A stretch of 32,000 nucleotides of DNA, taken from the NCBI GenBank assembly GCA_963718915.1, contig CAVRAI010000004.1, positions 240,001 to 272,000 on the forward strand. The letters run 5' to 3'. The translations under genes were made by a program, and so were the position numbers. Shown piece after piece: positions 1-7,606 of the stretch. A model generated the notes under the pieces. It was not told where the DNA came from. It ran no database searches and worked only from the letters and a program-made list of their open reading frames with translations. Numbering within the stretch: the stretch's first letter is position 1; every line of letters begins with the position of its first letter. This stretch comes from an uncultured Chloroflexia bacterium (GTDB lineage: Bacteria > Chloroflexota > Ktedonobacteria > Ktedonobacterales > JADMIN01).

Positions 1-367
1 AGCGCATTGGCCCCCACACAAAGTGGTAGGTGATATACCACGGCTCGTCAGAATTATGTATATCCATGCCTCATACCTACACAATTATATCGCGCCAATG
101 CCATGATGTCCAGCGAAGCGGTCATCAAATTTGTAGATTGGCGGAATTTATCTACAGGTTTATTGTATCGCATCGCGGGTAAAATCGCCAGCCTCCATAC
201 TGGCGCGATAAGAAAAAACGGCTTCGCGGTATGCATGCCGCGGCTAATCCTGACCTTACCGAATCGGCTTCCATCATGGATAAAGCAGAGCGAGAGCCAA
301 CAAGCTTTCTGTTCGTCCGTTCCTCACCGATATGTACGCGCGAGACCGTCCAAGGTTTATTAGCCCC

Positions 368-396
368 TTGACAGACAGTCATCTTGCCGCTATTAT
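368..396 (+). promoter_or_regulatory. Candidate sigma70-type promoter for the TetR-family gene
   Basis: TTGACA at 368-373, 17-nt spacer, TATTAT at 391-396, about 40 nt upstream of the ATG at 438. Sequence match only. Confidence 0.4.
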
Positions 397-410
397 TTGA
401 TTGACCGAAC

Positions 411-422
411 AATTAATTAATT
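411..422. promoter_or_regulatory. Perfect 12-bp palindrome AATTAATTAATT between the -10 box and the RBS, a candidate TetR operator
   Basis: The sequence is self-complementary and sits in the 5' leader of the TetR gene. TetR regulators commonly autoregulate through palindromic operators. AT-rich palindromes also arise easily by chance. Confidence 0.2.
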
Positions 423-437
423 CGTGAGGATACACCG

Positions 438-1094
438 ATGGCCCGACCCGCGACCAACCACGAAGCCCGCAAGGCCGCGATTATCGAGGCCGCGCTGGAT
501 TGCTTCACCCGATACGGCTATGACGGTGCGACCAATAAGCTCATTGCCGAGGCCGCCGGGATGAAGAGCGCCGGGATCATCTATCACTACTTTCCCAGCA
601 AAGAAGACCTCTTCCAGGCGTGCCTGGAGCGGGTGAGCGCCTTCGACACCATGCGCGATACCGTCGCCGCCAATCAGAATGATCCGCCAGATATCTTTCT
701 ACGCAAGGTTGGCATCGCCTATCTGACCATGATGCGCAACGATCAGCGGCTGGTCAGGCTCTTCCTGCTTGTGATGTCTTCGGTTCACAGCCATCCAGAA
801 CTGCCACCGCTGGCGCTACGACGTATCGTGCCCGCGTTCATTCAGCCATTGTTCGCCTACCTGCAACGTCAGACGGAGTTGGGGGCGCTACGACCGCTGC
901 CGCCGATCAGCGCCGGACTGCAATTCTTCGGGCCGCTGGCGATTCGGGCGATCACAAGTAATCTGCCGCCGAAGACTCTACCTGTGCCACAGATTGATGA
1001 CGGCGCCTTTGTGGATAACCTGGTTCAGACATTTCTCGATGGCGCTCGCGCGCGTGACGGCGCCATGACGCCGGAGGGAGGTCATCCGCACTAG
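438..1094 (+). CDS. TetR/AcrR-family transcriptional regulator
   Basis: N-terminal HTH signature ...IIEAALDCFTRYGYDGATNKLIAEAAGMKSAGIIYHYFPSKEDLF. RBS GAGGA lies upstream. Length is 218 aa. Confidence 0.9.
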   Translation: MARPATNHEARKAAIIEAALDCFTRYGYDGATNKLIAEAAGMKSAGIIYHYFPSKEDLFQACLERVSAFDTMRDTVAANQNDPPDIFLRKVGIAYLTMMRNDQRLVRLFLLVMSSVHSHPELPPLALRRIVPAFIQPLFAYLQRQTELGALRPLPPISAGLQFFGPLAIRAITSNLPPKTLPVPQIDDGAFVDNLVQTFLDGARARDGAMTPEGGHPH

Positions 1095-1157
1095 CCGCTC
1101 ACCCTGCCACTCGCGGGTTCGATGTCGGATCCAATTGGCTTACTACGGGAGGAGACC

Positions 1158-1928
1158 ATGTCATCCGCGTCATCGCCATCATCCGACCCCATCGTCGTCA
1201 GCGATGTGGTCAAACGCTTCAACGACGTGACCGCGCTCGACCATGTGACGCTTGCCGTCGCGCGGGGCGAGACGTTTGGCCTGATCGGCCCGAACGGCTC
1301 TGGTAAGACCACGCTGATACGTCTGCTGCTCGGTCTGGGACGACCAACCGAGGGGCGCATCGCCGTGCTGGGTCATACGATGCCCAATCGCCAGGTCGCG
1401 CCGCATATCGGCTATATGACCCAGTCCAGCGCGCTCTATAACGAACTGAGCATCCGGGAGAATCTGGCGTTCTTCGGCACGCTCTACGGGCTGCGGGGCA
1501 AGCGCCTGAAAGAGCGGATCGCCGCCACGCTGGAGCTGGTTGATCTGGCCGAGCGCGCCGATTCGCCGATTCAGACACTTTCGGGCGGCATGCGCCAGCG
1601 CGTCTCGTTGGGCTGCGCGCTGATCCACGAGCCTGAGTTGATCTTCCTCGACGAGCCGACGGTGGGGATTGATCCTGAGCTGCGCGTCGCCTTCTGGGAC
1701 TACTTCGCACAACTCAATCAGCGCGGAGTCACACTGATCGTTTCGACGCACAATCTCGACGAAGCGATCCGCTGCCACCGGCTCGGATTGCTCCGTTTCG
1801 GCAAGCTGCTTGCCGCCGATACACCAGCTTCTATTCGGCAGCAGTCCGGCAAGGACGACTTCGAGCAGGCGTTTCTATACTTCGCCCAGCGCGCCGAGCA
1901 TGCGGAACATGCAGAGAGGGAGGCGTAG
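1158..1928 (+). CDS. ABC transporter ATP-binding protein (ABC-2/DrrA-like exporter ATPase)
   Basis: Walker A GPNGSGKTT, signature LSGGMRQR, Walker B LIFLDEP. The track ORF starts at 1122, but the ATG at 1158 follows GGGAGGAG with 5-nt spacing, so it is preferred. Confidence 0.9.
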   Translation: MSSASSPSSDPIVVSDVVKRFNDVTALDHVTLAVARGETFGLIGPNGSGKTTLIRLLLGLGRPTEGRIAVLGHTMPNRQVAPHIGYMTQSSALYNELSIRENLAFFGTLYGLRGKRLKERIAATLELVDLAERADSPIQTLSGGMRQRVSLGCALIHEPELIFLDEPTVGIDPELRVAFWDYFAQLNQRGVTLIVSTHNLDEAIRCHRLGLLRFGKLLAADTPASIRQQSGKDDFEQAFLYFAQRAEHAEHAEREA

Positions 1929-1930
1929 CC

Positions 1931-3034
1931 ATGTCTTTCATCCGCGTGATGTCCCTCGCCGGGCGCATCGTCAGGCAATTCGTGCGCGACCGCCGGACGC
2001 TCGCGCTGCTGTTTCTCGCGCCGCTGCTCGTTATGACGTTGCTACAAATCGTCCTCAACTCCAGCGACGCCAGCGTGACCCTCGCGATTGTGCCGCCGTC
2101 AGGCCCAATCGGTGCGACGATAGTGAGCAACATCAAGCCACCTGACTCGATCTCGATCAAAGTTATCACCGCCGACCAGGTGGAATCGGGGCTGAAGAAC
2201 GGCGACTATGATGGTGTGCTGATCTTCCCGGACAACTTTGTGGCGCAGGCGCAGTTGGGGCAGCGTCCTGAGCTAGAGCTACGGCTGGAAGGGTCGAATC
2301 CGAATGTCGCCAAGCAGCTGAGCAGCATCGTCACGCTGCTCATCAACTCGCTGGCAACCGCGCAACCATCCTCCGCGCAGGCTATAGTGACGCCGACGCT
2401 GACGACAACATATCTTTACGGCGGACCGCAGTTCACGCAGACCGACGCCTTCGCGCCGTTGCTGATTGGTGTCTTCTCGTTCTTCTTCGTCTTCCTGCTG
2501 ACCTCCGTCGCGTTCCTGCGTGAGCGCTCGCAGGGGACCATCGAGCGGCTGCTCGTCGCGCCACTGACACGCACCGAGCTGGTGCTGGGCTACGTCTGCG
2601 GCTTCACACTCTTCGCGCTCGCGCAGTCAGCCGTCATCCTGCTCTACGTGATCTTTGTGCTGCGTGTCCACTATGCGGGCAATCCATTCGTCATCTTCCT
2701 GGTGACGGCGCTCCTGACCATTGGCGGCGTGAACCTGGGCATCTTTATCTCGGCGTTCGCGCGCAACGAGCTGCAGATTGTGCAGTTCATCCCGCTGGTG
2801 ATCGTGCCGCAGATTCTGCTCGGTGGCCTGTTCTTCCCGGTGAAGACGCTGCCGGTGGTGCTCTATCAGTTGGCCCATGTGATGCCGCTGACCTACGCCA
2901 ACTTCGCCTTGCAGGACGTGATGCTCAAGGGATTCGGGGCAAGCGACATTGTCGGCGATCTCATCTTCCTTGTCGGCTTTGCGCTGGTGATGGTCATGCT
3001 GGCGGCGTTCTCGCTCCGCCAGGAGAAGGTGTGA
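1931..3034 (+). CDS. ABC-2 type transporter permease
   Basis: It starts 2 nt after the ATPase stop. It has an N-terminal TM, a large extracytoplasmic loop and a C-terminal cluster of about 5 hydrophobic helices, typical of ABC-2 permeases. Confidence 0.85.
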   Translation: MSFIRVMSLAGRIVRQFVRDRRTLALLFLAPLLVMTLLQIVLNSSDASVTLAIVPPSGPIGATIVSNIKPPDSISIKVITADQVESGLKNGDYDGVLIFPDNFVAQAQLGQRPELELRLEGSNPNVAKQLSSIVTLLINSLATAQPSSAQAIVTPTLTTTYLYGGPQFTQTDAFAPLLIGVFSFFFVFLLTSVAFLRERSQGTIERLLVAPLTRTELVLGYVCGFTLFALAQSAVILLYVIFVLRVHYAGNPFVIFLVTALLTIGGVNLGIFISAFARNELQIVQFIPLVIVPQILLGGLFFPVKTLPVVLYQLAHVMPLTYANFALQDVMLKGFGASDIVGDLIFLVGFALVMVMLAAFSLRQEKV

Positions 3035-3190
3035 TTCGGGCTGACACCCGCTGAGTTGCGTTGGTTTTGAAACAGCGTCTTGCGCGGATCCATGGCATGT
3101 TGCTAGAGTCTGATGCGCCCACGTCTGGCTGGCGTATTTACGGCGCTCAGCGCCCTGCCAGACGTGACGCGCGAGATGCTGGAGGAGTCG

Positions 3191-3753
3191 ATGCGATTTA
3201 TCTATCCGTTAGGAGCGAGTGCGCGGCTGCGGTCGCGCGCTGTCAGTCTGCTGCTTGGCGTGCTCCTGCTGGCGCTTGCCGCCTGCTCAACCTCAACGGC
3301 AACGAAGAGCGGCGCTCCAGCGGCAACTCCGACAGCCGTGGTGAGCGGGCCACTGGCGAGCGTCGTTGGCCCCGCGGCGCGCCCGCTGGCTCAGCGAATC
3401 GTCACGGAGTATGACGCCAGCGCGCAACAGGCGAAGATCACGCTGACGGTTGGCGCGGCTCCCGATGTCGCCACGGCGCAGGCGCGAGTCATGACGCTCA
3501 GCTTCCAGGTGCAGAGGCGGTCTGGGCGAGCAATCCCGCGCTGCATGAGGTGAAGGTGATCGTGCTCGGCCCGATTCGCGATGACTATGCCAACATCATC
3601 GACGATGCCTATGGCGTCTCCGATGTCTTCGCCCCCACCGCCGCGAAGCTATCATGGAGCGCCCTCACGCCTGTGAGCGCCTGGAGCCGCTACGATAGCA
3701 CCTGGCTGCGCCCCAGCTACTCCCCGAACTGGCTCTACGGCAAGAACAACTAG
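3191..3753 (+). pseudogene. Putative lipoprotein gene with an apparent 1-nt frame disruption near 3514
   Basis: RBS GGAGGAG at 3181-3187 and ATG at 3191. Signal peptide plus lipobox: LLLALAAC. Frame 2 ends at 3553. Frame 1 is open across the junction and reads ...EAVWASNPALHEVKVIVLGPIRDDY... through to 3753. Confidence 0.55.
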
Positions 3754-3924
3754 CAAACGATATAAGCGTCTTTGTTCGCGTCGCGCGCTTCCATGCCGCG
3801 GGCTAAAGACCTGCAGCTAAATTGTTCAATACGCCTCCGACCACGACTCGCTCCCCTGTTCCTGATCGCATGATGCCAGACTTTGTGGAATCCAGCGAAC
3901 AACCAAAGCCGTTCATCTCCTATC

Positions 3925-3953
3925 TTGTATAGGTTGCTAGCAAGTGCTATACT
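3925..3953 (+). promoter_or_regulatory. Candidate promoter of the TIR-domain gene
   Basis: TTGTAT (3925-3930), 17-nt spacer containing the palindrome TTGCTAGCAA, then TATACT (3948-3953). GAGG RBS at 3981-3984 and ATG at 3993. Confidence 0.3.
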
Positions 3954-3992
3954 TCGCGCCAAGGTTGCATTCGGTATTCTGAGGATAGCGCT

Positions 3993-4391
3993 ATGGCAAA
4001 TGCTTCTCCTCGTATCTCGCGCATTTTCGTAAGCCATTCCCACTACGATGATGGTTTCTGTCATCCGCTGGTCAACCGTATTCGGACTGCGCTTGGCATA
4101 GCGGATTCAGATACGATGTTCTATGATGTGGAGTCACTACGTGCTGGCGATGACTTTCTGCCCCGATTGCAGGAAGAAGTCGTATCGCGTCCGGTTTTCA
4201 TCGTCATCTTAACACCTCATTCAGTTGCGGCGAACTATGTCAAGCACGAGACAAATCTGGCGCTCCGCCTCACTATTGAACATCCAGAACGCCGTTTGAT
4301 TCCCGTGCTGGCGGAAGAGTGTGACCCGAATATGCTGGCCCCATCATTGATGGGCTACCAGATGGTGGATTTCGCCCATACAGAGCTATGA
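3993..4391 (+). CDS. TIR-domain protein, probably the N-terminal part of a TIR-TPR protein
   Basis: Bacterial TIR pattern: RIFVSHSHYDD...LRAGDDF...VFIVILTPHSVAANYVKHETNLA (conserved Glu in HE)...LIPVL...YQMVDF. The stop at 4389-4391 overlaps an open downstream frame. Confidence 0.8.
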   Translation: MANASPRISRIFVSHSHYDDGFCHPLVNRIRTALGIADSDTMFYDVESLRAGDDFLPRLQEEVVSRPVFIVILTPHSVAANYVKHETNLALRLTIEHPERRLIPVLAEECDPNMLAPSLMGYQMVDFAHTEL

Positions 4392-4416
4392 AGAGGCGCT
4401 GGGTCGACTTGTCACC

Positions 4417-5565
4417 GTGCTGGGTTCGCTGGGAAATAGCCTGGATACCAGTAAGAGTTTGTCCTCGTTCCACTCATCACCTCATGCGCTACAGACGCTT
4501 CAACTGGCTGCGCAAGCGCATGCCGCTGCTGAGGCAGGTGATTGGGATGAAACGATCTTGCAGGGTGAATTTGCTATATCATTCGCCGAGAATCAGTCAG
4601 ACGCTAATCTCTGGGCTGATCTTGCGAGCGCATACATCCATCGCGAGAAGTGGATACCGGCCAGCGAGGCGGCCCGACGGTCACTGGACCTTGATCCGTT
4701 TCGAGGTGATGTCTGGTCCACGTTGGCGGACTCACTCATGGCACAAGGCGACCTTGATAATGCGTTTGTAGCTATTGATCGAGCGCGCGCGATCACGTTG
4801 CCAACCCAGCCTGAACTCAGACAGGCGTTGCTCAAACAGCGAAGATACCTGCTCATCCGCCTGCAACGGTGGGATCTGGCGCTGGATAATATCAGGCAGG
4901 AACTTGCAGCCAACTCAACTGACCCAGTCGCAATTGCGACGCGAGATCAAATTCTGCAACGATTGGGGCAAGCAGGAGCCGTCATGCAGCATGGGAATCC
5001 GCACTCTGGCTCATTGCAAAGGCTGCCAGCTCTTGTCGCAAACAGGCAGTGGCCAACGCTTGATATTGCAGGTGCTGAGGCTCTTTCCAGCGAATCAAAT
5101 CCAGCTTCCCAGGGAGTGATATTTGATATGCAGCGCCGAATCAAACAGGCTAATCGAATATTTGGCTCATTGGTAGATGATAATTCAGCAGGATCTAATA
5201 GAGGAGGATCTAATGTTCGACGATCTCGGGGCGTCAGCGAAAGTGGCCAGTTTATCTATTGCTCGACTGCTCCGCATCCATGCAAGGAGAGCCTATCATC
5301 GCTGCTAAATGAAGGTCTAGAAATGCTTTACAGGGAGCTTATGAGCGATCCTCAGGCGAGGGACACGTTCTGGATTTCTCTGATTAGATTTGCAAACACA
5401 GCCACTCAAGTCCCATTTGTGCAAATCGATAGGTTTGTACCCCCCACCTTATCCACTGACTCATCCGGCAAGGATTCAGAGCAAGCAGCCAGAAGTTCAT
5501 TGTGGAGGCGACCTGCTTCGACCCCAAGCACCAAAGCCGAAATCCTCAGTAAGCAGATTAGATAG
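4417..5565 (+). CDS. TPR-repeat ORF, probably the continuation of the TIR ORF; 3' end unreliable
   Basis: This frame is open from 4351 and reads QSYEEALGRLVTVLGSL..., a natural TIR C-terminal continuation. TPR-like units follow (ANLWADLASAYIHREKWIPASEAARRSLDLDPFRGDVWSTLADSLMAQGDLDNAFVAIDRA). Beyond about 5213 the same frame runs into the vWA pseudogene. Confidence 0.6.
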   Translation: MLGSLGNSLDTSKSLSSFHSSPHALQTLQLAAQAHAAAEAGDWDETILQGEFAISFAENQSDANLWADLASAYIHREKWIPASEAARRSLDLDPFRGDVWSTLADSLMAQGDLDNAFVAIDRARAITLPTQPELRQALLKQRRYLLIRLQRWDLALDNIRQELAANSTDPVAIATRDQILQRLGQAGAVMQHGNPHSGSLQRLPALVANRQWPTLDIAGAEALSSESNPASQGVIFDMQRRIKQANRIFGSLVDDNSAGSNRGGSNVRRSRGVSESGQFIYCSTAPHPCKESLSSLLNEGLEMLYRELMSDPQARDTFWISLIRFANTATQVPFVQIDRFVPPTLSTDSSGKDSEQAARSSLWRRPASTPSTKAEILSKQIR

Positions 5566-5900
5566 CGCACTGCAGATACTTGAACATTCCATTAAACATG
5601 ATGTGAGGCCGAAAACGAGCAAGTAGCGTGGCGACTATCGCCCATTGGTATTTCTCTTTTCCAACGGACGGGCTACAAATGAACTTGGCGCGCCAAGTAA
5701 TTCCTATCAGACTGTGCTCATACGTATAAAAAACTTCACAGGTAACCAAAAACCTACCATCGTTGCACTTGGCTGTGGCCCGCAGGTTGATATGCGTCTC
5801 CTTCAATGAAGTCACATCGGAGGTCTATCTTATGCAAAATGTGACTCGCGACCAACTTCGTGCTTTCTTCCGCGACATGAGCGGATCCGCCATTGTGTGA
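5213..5900 (+). pseudogene. TerY-like von Willebrand factor A (vWA) gene, multiply frameshifted and carrying an in-frame TAG
   Basis: RBS GAGGAGG at 5201-5207 and ATG at 5213. The vWA sequence is spread over three frames: RKWPVYLLLDCSASMQGEPIIAAK (5217-5309), NEGLEMLYRELMSDPQARDTFWISLIRFANTATQVPFVQIDRFVPPTL (frame 1), LDSALQILEHSIKHDVRPKTSK-TAG(5624-5626)-RGDYRPLVFLFSNGRATNE...KPTIVALGCGPQVD (frame 2), and EVTSEVYLMQNVTRDQLRAFFRDMSGSAIV ending at 5898-5900 (frame 0). Confidence 0.7.
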
Positions 5901-6070
5901 CGCGCGTGCGAGAGGCCATCCGGACTTCTCATCTGACGCCAGCATGGAAGCGTCCAGAAGCGATTCCTGGCATCATCAAGTACGAACCTGAAGACTAGGC
6001 TGTTGTCGCGCACGATGTTGATTTAAGCCTGGGACCTACGCTAAGCAGTCGGGTGCAATACAAGCGTCGA

Positions 6071-7439
6071 TCACCACTTGAGGGATAGCCTGACGCCATC
6101 AGAGGCTATCGAAAGCCGTATGCCGTCATGAAGGCGAACCGCGTCCCCTACGCCAATTTGGTTGAATCCTCCTCCACCTGGAAGCGAAATATGTAACCCG
6201 ACAATGCCTTCGTTTCTGAGGTACCAGCCACGGTCGCCCACGCTATATTCAACGGTTGCATACTGACGCGCGGTGTTATCGTCTCCTGGAATGGGAGATT
6301 CACCACGAAAATGCCACGGATATAGCGCACGTCCTGGCCAGCCAACAACTTGACTGTCAGCTTCCGCAGTAGTAGTATCTTGTCCACTGTCTCCCTGGTC
6401 GCTCGCCTGGAATCGGAAATAGGGCAACTCTTCGGGGAAGAGCAACGGTGTCTCACACAATGAGCAGTGATATCCATCTCTATAAACAGCAGCAAAGTGG
6501 CGCTGGTCGCATGATGGGTTGGGACACGGTATTGTGGAATCGAAGAGTTCGATGAGCGCTCGTTCCCACTCCGTAGCGGTCGGTCGTAGAAGTGGCTGAT
6601 GTAAGCCATCGACAAAGGCTCGCCGGAATAGTGTCTGCATGCGAGGCGTAAGCGTCTCAGCGCTGATCCGCAGATTTTCTGGCCGATTTGAGCGATCCAC
6701 CGGATGCTCGATATAGAGCGCCTTCGCACCGAGCGCAAGCTGATCATCAAGGTCAGGATCCATATCATGATGTTTAGGACCAATAAGTGGATGACGATAG
6801 AGTAGCCAGCGGTAGAGTGTGACCGCGAGCGCATGGCGGTCAGTTAGTGGCGATGGACGGCGAGCTACCCCCATCACCAGTTCTGGGGCCAAGAACTCGC
6901 GTGACCCGAGGATATTCGTCGGCGCGCTATTTTGAATGACGATTCCATCACAATCCAGCAACACCATTCCGCCCTGGGCAGGATCGGCCATGATGTTTCG
7001 CGGGCATATATCGCCATGGCACATACCGGATGCATCGAGGAGCGCTATGGCACGCGCCAGCTTGATCGAGGTTGCCACACGGCCGAGCCAGGAGCCACGC
7101 CTGGCAGGCGGCAAGTCCTCAAATGACGTGCGGTAGAGGAAGTGATCCATGCGTACGCCATCGGAGATATTCCTCAACCGTATTCCAAGTCTGGGCGACT
7201 CAACTATGTTATCTGGCCAGGCATATAGCTCCGCCCATGGCTGAATCACCCGAGAACGCATCTCGCCGCTGATTAAGCGCTCTCAGCCGCTCAACGCGAT
7301 TCGCGTCGGCAGCATGAGGATAATACAGTTTGACCACATGTAAGCCATCAACAGAGCGAAAAACGTCTCCTTCCGCGCCACTCGCCAATGATTCATCTTC
7401 ATAGAGTTCCGACGAGCCATCGGTGAATCGTACTTCCAT
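6071..7439 (-). pseudogene. Ser/Thr protein kinase (YegI/TerY-P-type) with C-terminal Zn-ribbon and FHA-like region, with one frameshift near 7262-7275
   Basis: The N-lobe ORF (7439..7209) has SGAEGDVF...HVVKLYY...RVERLRAL, with GGAGG RBS upstream. The body ORF (7261..6071) has AWP, HGDICPRNIM (HRD-like), DCDG (DFG-like), REFLAPE (APE) and the Zn-ribbon CPNPSC...CSLC. The tail is FHA-like (GR...WYLRNEG...GDAVRLHDGIRLSI). The body frame is open upstream only to a TGA at about 7285. Confidence 0.8.
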
Positions 7440-7606
7440 TGCAGTCCTCCGTAAGTTTCGAATGATTGCTTGAAATCAAATAGGTAGAAGGTTTCGTCAT
7501 CAGGATACGTTAGGTTAATCAGTCACGATGCAATTTGCTCCCTTGGCAATGTGTCACAAGTATAAACTGCAATATGTATCTCGCACAATCCCCTAGGCTC
7601 ATTCGA

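Noticed and set aside
54-412. Three overlapping 60-86-aa ORFs in the first 430 nt.
   Set aside because: They are mutually exclusive, have no RBS and no recognisable motifs, and lie in an AT-richer segment that more likely holds the TetR promoter region. The nature of 1-360 remains unknown.
1179-1778. Long ORFs antisense to, or out of frame with, real genes: 1179..1778(-), 8168..8704(+), 8705..9352(+), 9856..10926(+), 12309..13007(-), 13134..14030(-), 15186..15875(-), 23563..24780(-), 27447..28379(-) and similar.
   Set aside because: They overlap confidently identified genes. Their Arg/Ala/Gly/Pro-rich compositions are typical of spurious open frames in GC-rich DNA, and they lack RBS and recognisable motifs.
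3750-4064. A 104-aa minus-strand ORF overlapping the TIR gene start.
   Set aside because: It overlaps the TIR promoter, RBS and N-terminus. The sequence is not protein-like (Arg-rich) and no RBS is present.
4388-4771. A 127-aa plus-strand ORF out of frame with the TPR ORF.
   Set aside because: It is fully nested in the TPR reading frame, which has clear repeat structure. Its W/R/C-rich composition indicates a spurious frame.
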